From Pyrinomonadaceae bacterium (GTDB lineage: Bacteria; Acidobacteriota; Blastocatellia; Pyrinomonadales; Pyrinomonadaceae), in the NCBI GenBank assembly GCA_045807805.1, contig JBJMGR010000196.1, positions 189 through 64,188 on the forward strand: DNA of 64,000 bases, read 5' to 3'. Each line of letters starts with the position of its first letter. Within the stretch, counting starts at the first letter, position 1. The translations under genes and the position numbers were made by a program. The notes beneath the pieces are model-generated. The model was not told the origin of the DNA, did no database searches, and saw only the letters and a list, made by a program, of their open reading frames with translations. Positions 1 to 7,831 of this stretch are shown piece after piece.

Positions 1-363
1 AGCGACCCCTTCGAGATTTTCGACGCGGTCGCGCGCGGCCGCGTGGGCGAGCTTAAAGTCGAATGGAGCGAAGAGGCGTCGGCCTGCGTCGTGCTCGCGG
101 CGCGCGGCTACCCCGAAAAGCCGGAGACAGGCGCGCGCATCGGCGGACTGGAAGAGGGCGCGCGCGTCCCCGGAGTTCAAATCTTCCATGCCGGAACCGC
201 GCGCGCCCCGGACGGCTCGCTCGTCACCGCGGGCGGACGCGTCCTCGGCGTCACGGCCACGGGCACCACGCTCGACGACGCGCTCGCGCACTGCTACGAA
301 TCCGCCTCGCGCATCGCTTGGGACGGCTGCCACTACCGACGCGACATCGGAAAGTTTAAGTAG
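1..363 (+). CDS. purD: phosphoribosylamine--glycine ligase, C-terminal fragment (gene begins upstream of the window)
   Basis: Frame 1 is open from the window edge to the stop at 361-363. The translation (VVLAARGYPEKPE..IFHAGT..TAGGRVLGVTA..L..A...AYE....I.WDG.HYRRDIG) matches the conserved C-terminal end of PurD. Confidence 0.85.
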   Translation, partial: SDPFEIFDAVARGRVGELKVEWSEEASACVVLAARGYPEKPETGARIGGLEEGARVPGVQIFHAGTARAPDGSLVTAGGRVLGVTATGTTLDDALAHCYESASRIAWDGCHYRRDIGKFK

Positions 364-487
364 GCGGAAGGCAGAAAGCAGAAGGCAGCCGAAGACGCCC
401 TTATCCTTCGCAGCCTTCTTCTCAATTCGACATACGGCGTGCCTCCTTCCGTTTTTGACCGCCTTCTGCTTTCTGCCTTCTGCCTTC
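363..487. repeat. heptamer-periodic hairpin element, GCAGAAG/GGCAGAA word class
   Basis: Left arm ggcggaaggcagaaagcagaaggcag (363-388) is complementary to right arm ccgccttctgctttctgccttctgccttc (459-487). A small inner hairpin lies in the loop. It has the same word class as the element at 53947-54031. Confidence 0.8.
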
Positions 488-690
488 TTCTTCCCGCTCT
501 AGCGAGCGGCGCGGAAGTCCTGTTATACTCAGGCCACGGGAAGGGTTTCGGCCTTCGGAGGGTGTGTGAACCCGGCGGCGCGGACTTACGTACAATGTTC
601 CGGCCCGTCGGACGCTGTAAGTTTTAAGGGCTGAGTGAGATCGTGAACACCGCGCGCGTGGGCGCGCGGGATTCGGAGGACGAGAAGAAG

Positions 691-1419
691 ATGAGTGTCT
701 GGGCGAGGTTCAAGCGCTCCCTGCGGGCCATATTCGGCGGCATCATAGAGAAGACCGAAGATCCCGAGCTGATACTCCAGCAGACCATCCGCGACATGCG
801 CGACCGCGTGCCCGAGTTGAACAACTCTGTGGCGCAGGTGATGGCGACCGAGCGACTGCTCGCGAAGAACAAGGATCGGCTCGAAGAACAGGTCGTCGAC
901 CTCGACTCGAAGATCAAGGCCGCCATCAAGATGAATCGCGACGACATCGCGACGGCCTACATCGGTCAGTTGCAGCAGGCGCAGCTAGACCTCTCGAAGA
1001 CCGGGCAGCAACTCGAACACGCCTCGAACGCATCCGACCAGGCGCGCAAGGCCCGCGACAACTACATCCTACAGATGCAGCGCCGCACCGCCGAGGCGAT
1101 GCAGCTCATCAACCAGTCGAAGCAGGCCAAACTGCAAGAACAACTCGCGCAGACGATGTCTTCGTTCCAGTTGGGCGACGACGCCTCGACCTTCAACGAG
1201 ATGCGCGAGAAGATTGACCGCCGCGCCGCGACCGCCGAGGCCAAGCTGCAACTCGGCACCTCCGGCGTTGACACGCAGATGCAGGAGATCGAGCGCGAGG
1301 CGATGGACATGCAGTTGCAGGACAAGCTGGCCGAATACAAGCGCGGCATGGGACTCTTGGGCGGCGGCGAGAAGAGTGCGCCCGCGCTCCCCGCGGGGTC
1401 GGGCGAGTCGAACTCCTGA
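691..1419 (+). CDS. pspA: PspA/IM30 (Vipp1) family membrane-stress protein
   Basis: From the ATG at 691 (GGAGG 10 nt upstream) the N-terminus reads MSVWARFKRSLRAIFGGIIEKTEDPELILQQTIRDMRD, followed by long coiled-coil heptads. This is the typical PspA N-terminal signature. The ORF track offers an upstream GTG at 643. Confidence 0.85.
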   Translation: MSVWARFKRSLRAIFGGIIEKTEDPELILQQTIRDMRDRVPELNNSVAQVMATERLLAKNKDRLEEQVVDLDSKIKAAIKMNRDDIATAYIGQLQQAQLDLSKTGQQLEHASNASDQARKARDNYILQMQRRTAEAMQLINQSKQAKLQEQLAQTMSSFQLGDDASTFNEMREKIDRRAATAEAKLQLGTSGVDTQMQEIEREAMDMQLQDKLAEYKRGMGLLGGGEKSAPALPAGSGESNS

Positions 1420-1480
1420 AGGACTTGGAAGCTTACTGAATAGGCTAGGCGGGCGTCGAAATTTTCCTAAGTGGTAGTTT

Positions 1481-2320
1481 ATGGCGGAGCGAAAGATAAG
1501 TCTCGAATACCTTAAGGAAGCCGTCATGGAGCCCGTCAACTTCTGGGGCATGGCGGGCTTCGCCGTCGCGGCGGCATACACCTGGTCTACGATACCGCTC
1601 GCCGCGGCGCTCGTGGCCGAAGGCGCTTACCTCGCGACCATACCCGCGAGCACGATCTACCGAAGGCTTGTGGACGGACGCAACCGCAAGCGCCTCGCAG
1701 AGCTTCGCGGCAAGCAGCGCGACCGCATGATAGAGGGCTTCGACCCGCGCGAGCGCGAGGCCGTGCTCTATCTGAAGTGGCTCAAGAACAAGATTTTCGA
1801 CAACTACGTCAAGTTCACGGGCGCGAAAGACCTGCCCATGAACATCAAGAGTCTCGACCAGCGTTGGGAGGACTTCGTTGACCTCCTCGACGTGTACCGG
1901 CGGCGCAAGCATCACCTGCGCTCCATTAACCGTCAGGCCGTGCAGAACCAGCTCGCGCAGGCCGAGCGCTCGGTCGAGAATGCGCCCGACGACCGCTCGC
2001 GCCGCATACAGAGCGCCAACGCCGAGATACTCAAGCGCCGCCTCGCGCAGTTCGGCGAGTTGGAACGCTCCGTCAAGCTGGTCGAAGGGCAGTTGCAGTC
2101 AATCGAGAACTTCTTCGGGCTGGTCAACGATCAGGTCGTCACGCTGCCGACGCCCGAACGCGTCTCGTCGCTCGACTTCGAGCAGTTGTCGGACTCGATA
2201 CAGATGACCAAGCAGATGCTCGAAGAGACTTCGGACGTGATGGGCGTCCTCGACAGCCACAACCGCGAGCTTGGCAACTTCGACCTGCTGCCCTCGTCGG
2301 GCACGACCTCGGCCAAGTAG
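1481..2320 (+). CDS. hypothetical membrane-anchored coiled-coil protein, co-directional partner of pspA
   Basis: 279-aa ORF lying 61 nt after pspA. It has an N-terminal hydrophobic stretch (VNFWGMAGFAVAAAYTWSTIPLAAALVAEGAYLATIP), then Arg/Glu/Gln-rich helical sequence. I recognise no family motif. Confidence 0.6.
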   Translation: MAERKISLEYLKEAVMEPVNFWGMAGFAVAAAYTWSTIPLAAALVAEGAYLATIPASTIYRRLVDGRNRKRLAELRGKQRDRMIEGFDPREREAVLYLKWLKNKIFDNYVKFTGAKDLPMNIKSLDQRWEDFVDLLDVYRRRKHHLRSINRQAVQNQLAQAERSVENAPDDRSRRIQSANAEILKRRLAQFGELERSVKLVEGQLQSIENFFGLVNDQVVTLPTPERVSSLDFEQLSDSIQMTKQMLEETSDVMGVLDSHNRELGNFDLLPSSGTTSAK

Positions 2321-2328
2321 GGAAGTCA

Positions 2329-2424
2329 AACAGAACCGCGAGCGGTAGCAAGCGGGTCTCAAGCTCCGACGGGCGAACGCCTGACGAAACTTGAGACCCG
2401 CTCGCTACCGCTCGCGGTTCTGTT
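2329..2424. repeat. long hairpin element, CAGAACCGC..GCGGTAGC arm class (probable bidirectional terminator between convergent genes)
   Basis: aacagaaccgcgagcggtagcaagcgggtctcaag (2329-2363) pairs with cttgagacccgctcgctaccgctcgcggttctgtt (2390-2424). The same arm sequence recurs at 20964 and 33921. Confidence 0.8.
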
Positions 2425-2433
2425 CGTCTTACG

Positions 2434-3360
2434 TCAGAGCCCTTCGAGCATGCCCGCGAGCGACGGCTCGTCTATACGATAAGTCTCATTGCAGAAGTGG
2501 CATGTGAGCGCCGCGCCCTTGTCCTCGCGCAGCATGGACTCCAACTCCGACCTGTCTATTGACGAGATGAGCGACGCCGCGCGCTCGTAAGAGCAGGTGC
2601 ACGCGAATCCGACCTCGCGCTCTTCGAGAATCTCGAACGACACGTCGCCGAGCGCTGTGCGAAGAAGGTCTTCGGCGCGAGCCCCCTCGCGTATGAGCGC
2701 CGTCGTGTGCGGCGTGCGGCCGACCGACTCCTCAATCGAGGCGACCGTCGCGGAGTCCGCGCCCGGCATGACCTGTATCATCAGCCCGCCCGCGGCCTCC
2801 ACGTAAATCTCGCCCGACTCCCTCGCGCGCATGAGCACGCCGAGCATGACGGCCGAGGGAATCTGCTCCGACTTCGCGAGGTAGTATGCGAAGTCCTCGC
2901 CTATCTCGCCCGACGTGATGGGCACCGCGCCGCGGTACGGCTCGCGGTAGAGTCCTATCTCGAAGCCCGACTCGTATGTGACGTAGAACATGCCGCCGCC
3001 GAGCACTGCCCCCACGTCGAACTTGCCCGAAGCGTTCAGCGGCACGTCGGCCTCGGGGTTGCGGACGTAGCCGCGTACCTGTCCGCGCGCGTTCGCCTCG
3101 GCCGTGATGCCGCCGACGGGGCCGTCGCACTCTATCTGAACCGTCAGGCGGTCGAACTCCTTCTGGCCCGCGCCGAGCAGAAGCACGCCCGTCAGCGTAC
3201 GCCCGAGCGCCGCCGAGACCGTCCCTGTTGTCCCGTGGCGGCGCGCCGCCTCCGAGACCGTCTCGGTCGTCACGGCCGCCATGCAGCGTATGAACCCGTC
3301 GGCGGCGGTCGCACGCACGAGCCTGTCGCCGCGCCCGTTCCTCGTCTCTTCCAAAGCCAT
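2434..3360 (-). CDS. hslO: Hsp33 redox-regulated chaperone
   Basis: 308 aa. The C-terminal zinc centre CTCSYERAASLI....LTCHFCNETYRI (CxC...CxxC) and the overall Hsp33 layout are present. Confidence 0.9.
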   Translation of the reverse strand: MALEETRNGRGDRLVRATAADGFIRCMAAVTTETVSEAARRHGTTGTVSAALGRTLTGVLLLGAGQKEFDRLTVQIECDGPVGGITAEANARGQVRGYVRNPEADVPLNASGKFDVGAVLGGGMFYVTYESGFEIGLYREPYRGAVPITSGEIGEDFAYYLAKSEQIPSAVMLGVLMRARESGEIYVEAAGGLMIQVMPGADSATVASIEESVGRTPHTTALIREGARAEDLLRTALGDVSFEILEEREVGFACTCSYERAASLISSIDRSELESMLREDKGAALTCHFCNETYRIDEPSLAGMLEGL

Positions 3361-3603
3361 ATTTACCCTCTTATCCTTCCATCAAAAGCCGAGACTTAGA
3401 TGAATAACAGTCGCCCGCGACTGCCTGAGAGCGTACCTCACTGTCCGCGTCCGGACATGCCGGCGACGACGCCCGCGAACTGACCGCGAGGGCGTGCCTC
3501 CGGGCGTTAAAATCCATGAGTTTTTGGCCTGAAAGTCGAGCCTCAGCCTGTTCAGGTAAAATGTCAAGGTGCGCGCTCTATTGGAGCACCAGTAAAGGAC
3601 TAG

Positions 3604-3617
3604 CACAATATATTGTG
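3604..3617. promoter_or_regulatory. NrdR box (operator of the ribonucleotide reductase repressor NrdR)
   Basis: Perfect 14-bp palindrome cacaatatattgtg. It matches the NrdR-box consensus (acaCwAtATaTwGtgt) and sits immediately upstream of, and abutting, the -35 of the nrdJ promoter. Confidence 0.6.
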
Positions 3618-3625
3618 TTATACTC

Positions 3626-3654
3626 TTGACAAGCAAAACGGGCGGGTGTATTCT
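3626..3654 (+). promoter_or_regulatory. putative sigma70-type promoter of nrdJ
   Basis: TTGACA (3626-3631), 17-bp spacer, TATTCT (3649-3654) with TG at 3647-3648. This would give a roughly 200 nt 5' UTR. Confidence 0.4.
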
Positions 3655-3859
3655 TCGCGCCGTTTGGAACGAGCCGGTCATCGGTGCCGGGGTAGCGTAA
3701 AACTGACCCTACGGCGCAGGGACTTTCTCGCCTCCCGGCCAACCAAGAAGTACCCGAGACACAACCTTGACGGCGCGAATTTAGCGCCGCAATTTTTTCG
3801 ATTGAATCAGAACGTCGCCTCGCGCCCCCCACGAGCGCGGGAAAGGCAAGAGAAGGAAG

Positions 3860-6472
3860 ATGAGCACCGCTATCGAGCCGAACGCACCGCAGGAGAGTCC
3901 CTCCAGTTTCGAGATCACGGGCGCCGCCGCCCCCGCCGCGGAGACCTTAGGACTCAACGCCCGCCGGGTCATTGGAAAGCGCTACAGCCTGAAGGACGCG
4001 CAGGGAGAGCCCATCGAAGAGTGGGCCGACATCGTGCGCCGCGTCGTCGGCCACGTCTCGCAGGCCGAGACGGACATCGTCAAGCGCGACGAGTTCTACC
4101 AGACGATGGAAGGCATCATGCTCCGGCGCGAGTTCGTCCCCAACACGCCCTGCCTCGTTAACGCGGGCAAGCCCTCGGGACAACTCGCGGCGTGCTTCGT
4201 CCTGAACGTGCCTGACTCCATCGCGGGAATTATGAAGACCGCCACCGACGCCGCCATCATCCACCAGACGGGCGGCGGCACGGGCTTCACCTTCGAGAAG
4301 CTTCGGCCCGCGGGCGCGATGGTTCGCTCGACGCACGGCGTGGCCTCGGGCCCCGTGTCGTTCATGAACATCTTCAACACGACGACCGACACAGTGAAGC
4401 AGGGCGGCGTGCGGCGCGGCGCGAACATGGGCATCATGCGCGTTGACCACCCGGACGTGCTCCGCTTCATACACGCGAAGAACGACCAGCACAGCCTCAC
4501 GAACTTCAACATCTCCGTGACCGTGACCGACAAATTCTTCGAGGCCGTTGACAACAAGGAGTGGTACCAGCTCTCCTTCGACGGCGAGGCTTGGGACGAT
4601 GAAGTCTTCGACCCCGTGCTCGACGGCCCGTACGCCGTCTACCGAAGCGCCGGCGGCGAGACCGTGACCTTCCGCGACCGCGCCGCGTACCTCGAAGCCA
4701 AAGAGTCGGGCTTGCTCGAAAAATGCACGCGCGAGGAGCCGCCGCGCGCCGGGATGATATACGCGCCCGACGTTTGGGATCGCATCGTCGCCTCCGCGCA
4801 TCGCTACGCGGAGCCGGGCGTCATCTTCATCGACGAGGTCAATCGCAACAACCACATGATGGACTCGATGGGGCCCATCTACGCGACGAACCCTTGCGCG
4901 GAACAGGCGCTGCACTTCAACAACTCTTGCAACCTCGGCTCGATTGACCTCGCGAAGTTCTACGACCCCGAGACGCGTCTCGACTGGGACAGGCTCGCGG
5001 ACGCGGTTCACTGGTGCGTGCGATTCCTCGACAACGTGATTGACACGTGCGCGTGGCCGCTGCCCGAGATTGACGACGTAGTGAAGCGCACGCGGCCCGT
5101 GGGCCTCGGCATCATGGGCTTCGCGGACTTGTGCATTGATCTCAAGATTAAGTACGGCTCGAACTCTTCGATTGACCTGATGGACGAGGCGATGTCGTTC
5201 GTGCGCCGAGAGGCTTGGACGGAGTCGTGCCGCCTCGGCGCTGAGAAGGGCGTCTTCCCCGAGTACAAGCCGAACAGGAAGGCTTACGACAAGTTTCTGC
5301 GCGAAGAGATAGGCATACCCGAAGAGGTGGAGATAACGCCTCGCAACTACGAGACGACGACCATCGCGCCGACGGGCACGATCTCGCTCGTCGCGGAGAC
5401 TAGCTCGGGCGTCGAGCCCAACTTCTCCTGGGCCTACGTCCGTCAGGACACGCTCGGCAAGCGCACCTACGTCCACACGCTCGCGGCCGAGGCGCTCGGC
5501 ATCACGGTTGACCAGACCGACCAGGATTCGATTGACCGCGCGGCCGAGCACGTCTGCGCGCACGATTCGGAGCTTCCCGACTACTTCATCTCCGCCATGG
5601 ACATCACGGCCGAGCAGCATGTCTACGTGCTCGCAGCCGCGCAGCGCAACGTGGACAACGGCGTGTCGAAGACCTGCAACGGCTCGCGCGACGACACGGT
5701 CGAGAGCGTTGACCGTCTCTACAGACTCGCGCGCGAGTTGGGCTGCAAGGCCGTGAGCTACTATCGCGACGGCAGCCGCGACTCGCAGGTGCTATCGGCC
5801 GTCAAGGGCGCTGAAGTGCCGAGCGAGGTCGCGTGCGATGCGGCGATTGTGGCCGAGGCCGCGACGGCGGAGACGGCGACCGAGGCGACCGCGCAGACAG
5901 CAGCGACAGTCGAGACGTTGCAGTCCGCCGCTCCAACACCCGTAAGCAGAACCGAGTCGGGCGACATGGTTCGCATCGAGCGCCCGCGCGAGCTTTCCGG
6001 CGCGACGTGGCAGATACCCTTCGACGGCCAGAACCTATACGTCACCGTGAACCACGACGGCTTGGACATACTCGAAGTCTTCGCCACGGGGCCGATATCG
6101 GGCGGCGTCGGCCTGCTCGCCTCGAAGATGCTGCGCGGCGGCTTCGACGCGCGCGAGGTCGCACGCTCTCTGAACAAGGTGACGGGCACGCACTCGGTCT
6201 GGTTCAACGAGCGACTGTTGACGAGCCCCGAGCAGGCCGTCGCCGAGTGCGTTATGCTCACGAGTCGGCGCTTGCAGAGCCAGCCCGACTCGGCGCGCGC
6301 TCTCGCGTATCAGCAGCAGGTGCAACCGAAGACACAGGTGAGCCTGCCCGAGAGCGTCGAGCAGAACCGCAACTACTCGCTCATTGCCGAGTGCCCCGAG
6401 TGCAAGGGCCAACTCGAACACGCTTCGGGGTGCGATTTCTGCCGCGACTGCGGCTACTCGAAGTGCAAGTAG
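3860..6472 (+). CDS. nrdJ: class II (adenosylcobalamin-dependent) ribonucleotide reductase
   Basis: 870 aa. Motifs seen: [43 protein letters not shown] and the C-terminal Cys cluster CPECKG...[12 protein letters not shown]. An Ala/Thr/Glu low-complexity linker precedes the C-terminal domain. Confidence 0.9.
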   Translation: MSTAIEPNAPQESPSSFEITGAAAPAAETLGLNARRVIGKRYSLKDAQGEPIEEWADIVRRVVGHVSQAETDIVKRDEFYQTMEGIMLRREFVPNTPCLVNAGKPSGQLAACFVLNVPDSIAGIMKTATDAAIIHQTGGGTGFTFEKLRPAGAMVRSTHGVASGPVSFMNIFNTTTDTVKQGGVRRGANMGIMRVDHPDVLRFIHAKNDQHSLTNFNISVTVTDKFFEAVDNKEWYQLSFDGEAWDDEVFDPVLDGPYAVYRSAGGETVTFRDRAAYLEAKESGLLEKCTREEPPRAGMIYAPDVWDRIVASAHRYAEPGVIFIDEVNRNNHMMDSMGPIYATNPCAEQALHFNNSCNLGSIDLAKFYDPETRLDWDRLADAVHWCVRFLDNVIDTCAWPLPEIDDVVKRTRPVGLGIMGFADLCIDLKIKYGSNSSIDLMDEAMSFVRREAWTESCRLGAEKGVFPEYKPNRKAYDKFLREEIGIPEEVEITPRNYETTTIAPTGTISLVAETSSGVEPNFSWAYVRQDTLGKRTYVHTLAAEALGITVDQTDQDSIDRAAEHVCAHDSELPDYFISAMDITAEQHVYVLAAAQRNVDNGVSKTCNGSRDDTVESVDRLYRLARELGCKAVSYYRDGSRDSQVLSAVKGAEVPSEVACDAAIVAEAATAETATEATAQTAATVETLQSAAPTPVSRTESGDMVRIERPRELSGATWQIPFDGQNLYVTVNHDGLDILEVFATGPISGGVGLLASKMLRGGFDAREVARSLNKVTGTHSVWFNERLLTSPEQAVAECVMLTSRRLQSQPDSARALAYQQQVQPKTQVSLPESVEQNRNYSLIAECPECKGQLEHASGCDFCRDCGYSKCK

Positions 6473-6530
6473 ACTCTCCGATGGTTCGCGGCAACGGCGG
6501 CGCATAAGGCCCGCGACTGAGCGGGTGGGC

Positions 6531-6587
6531 AAATGAGTCGGGCGGAGGGGTTGAGCGCGCAAACCCCCTCCGCCCGACTCATTTTTA
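6531..6587 (+). terminator. rho-independent terminator of nrdJ
   Basis: 19-bp GC-rich stem aatgagtcgggcggagggg / cccctccgcccgactcatt followed by a T-run (6584-6587). It is not of the heptamer type. Confidence 0.7.
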
Positions 6588-6704
6588 AGTCCCCTGCAAA
6601 CGTCCCACACTTCGTACAAAGTCCACGCGTGATGCGACGCGCGTTTAATTCACGCCGCATCGGAAGGCGCGTATAACTTCGCGCCCTTGGACTCTTTTTT
6701 AGAC

Positions 6705-6732
6705 TTGCACTTTAGAGCATTGATGATATTAT
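6705..6732 (+). promoter_or_regulatory. putative strong sigma70-type promoter of the A-B-ATPase operon
   Basis: TTGCAC (6705-6710), 16-bp spacer, extended -10 TGaTATTAT (6724-6732). It lies in the only AT-rich patch of this intergenic region. Confidence 0.45.
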
Positions 6733-6738
6733 CTGCCG

Positions 6739-6997
6739 CCTCCGGTGGTAGTAGCAGTCCCGCGGCTAAGAGCCCTCGCGCCGCCGTATCGGGTTAGTTG
6801 CCTTACGAATTGGGTACAACCGAATACGCATCTGCCGGTTTCGCGCCGCCGCTCCGTTCACGCGTGCGCGCGGTGTCGAACGTCTCTGTCCGGCTCTGCC
6901 TCCGCAACCCCTACGGCGCGGGCCACGTCCGCATCCGTCGAGGTGGAAGGGTGGCCGGATTAAGAATTTCATCCTCGTATACTCTCGGAGGTCAGGA
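6739..6997 (+). other. long GC-rich non-coding leader / candidate structured RNA upstream of gene A
   Basis: About 260 nt lie between the predicted transcription start and the SD-TTG of gene A. No convincing ORF is present in any frame. The motif CTGCC(G)CCTCCG is repeated at 6733-6744 and 6896-6905. Several short GC stems are present, for example ggccac 6921-6926 / gtggcc 6951-6956. The class is not identifiable by eye. Confidence 0.3.
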
Positions 6998-7831
6998 TTG
7001 TCTATCTTCACCCGCCCTTACCGCATGGCCGCGCTCCGCCTCAACATATGGTGGCGCGGGAGTTCAATCGGATGTGATCCGCGCACCAGAAGGGCCGTCA
7101 AAGGCGTGACACTTATACACGTCACGACGGCCGACACGGATACAACCTTTCCGCAGATGTTACTGCGGCGGCCGCACGAGCTTTCCGTCACTGGCGCGCA
7201 CAGCTCGAACTGGACGCGCAAATCGGAGGAGGAACTCAATCTAAAAGCGAACGTATATTTTTACGCGGGGGTCGCGTTCGCGGTGCCCTATGGTGGCACC
7301 GCGCTGGTGTTCGGCCCTGAGTGTGCGGCAAAGCATACGGGCTCGGCCACACTATTTAACACGGGGGATGTCGCACACGGCAAGCTCAAACTCGACCTGC
7401 GGAAGAAGGGTGACACGCTCAGAGCCTTCGTACATAGGAACCTGATACCGCTGCGCCGCTGGCGTGAAGAATTCAGAAAACACCTCGCCGCGCATTTCTC
7501 CGACCCTGCCCATTATTTCGACGGCGAACCGTGCGTGCCGGGGCCTAACGAGCTGTTCAGCATGAACAAGGACAGACCTTCCGCGTGGCGTTATGAGGTC
7601 AGATTCCGCGAGGGGCAGAACCTCTTCGACGTGCTCGAATGGAGCGGCCGACCAGGTCTCAAAATAAGGCTTCTAAAGGAGGCCAAGGAGCTGGCGGCGC
7701 TCTCGGACGCCGACGTTCTCCCGCGCTTGAATCAATTCATAGGGCGTGCAATCATTCCCCAGGGGTCTGCACACGGGCAGGAGATAATCGAGGAAACTCA
7801 GCGACGAGCAAGGGGAAGGATGGGTTTATGA
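6998..7831 (+). CDS. hypothetical protein A (first gene of the three-gene operon)
   Basis: ORF with a TTG start at 6998, preceded by GGAGG (6987-6991) with a 6-nt spacer. Alternative in-frame starts are ATG 7025, GTG 7106 and ATG 7157. The stop overlaps the start of gene B (ATGA at 7828-7831). No family is recognised. See the finding on a possible H-Y-E pattern. Confidence 0.6.
   Translation: MSIFTRPYRMAALRLNIWWRGSSIGCDPRTRRAVKGVTLIHVTTADTDTTFPQMLLRRPHELSVTGAHSSNWTRKSEEELNLKANVYFYAGVAFAVPYGGTALVFGPECAAKHTGSATLFNTGDVAHGKLKLDLRKKGDTLRAFVHRNLIPLRRWREEFRKHLAAHFSDPAHYFDGEPCVPGPNELFSMNKDRPSAWRYEVRFREGQNLFDVLEWSGRPGLKIRLLKEAKELAALSDADVLPRLNQFIGRAIIPQGSAHGQEIIEETQRRARGRMGL

Noticed and set aside
3571-3589. 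Second NrdR box 31-32 bp upstream of the perfect one
   Set aside because: The spacing is right, but only 8 of 14 positions match the palindrome. That is too weak to call as a feature.
3655-3859. Possible cobalamin riboswitch in the roughly 200-nt nrdJ leader
   Set aside because: I could not find the B12-box or the conserved GGTGC/GCCACTG-type elements. Repressing a B12-dependent enzyme with a B12 riboswitch would also be biologically unexpected.
3947-5620. 557-aa minus-strand ORF opposite nrdJ, and similar long antisense ORFs at 15093-16316, 16656-17651, 18483-19667, 20022-21008, 41695-42486, 49220-51190 and 56955-58460
   Set aside because: All lie antisense to genes with clear family motifs. 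Their translations are Arg/Ala/Gly/Val-rich with no motifs. This is the expected stop-codon-poor antisense frame of high-GC coding DNA.
7049-7089. Hairpin tggtggcgcgg..ccgcgcacca with a TTCAATC-containing loop that looked superficially like a tRNA/tmRNA acceptor-T arm ending in CCA
   Set aside because: The loop is about 19 nt, not a 7-nt T-loop. No D or anticodon arm or tag ORF could be built around it. It lies inside the gene A reading frame.
6745-7109. Small plus-strand ORFs (72 and 103 aa) and a minus-strand 81-aa ORF inside the leader of the three-gene operon
   Set aside because: They have no SD. Their Arg/Pro/Ala-rich composition is not protein-like, and they overlap one another. The region is treated as non-coding.
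7639-7827. Upstream extension of gene B (the track ORF starts at 7639)
   Set aside because: It overlaps gene A out of frame for 190 nt with an Arg/Gly-rich translation. The ATG at 7828, with a purine-rich SD and an ATGA overlap with the gene A stop, is a far better start.
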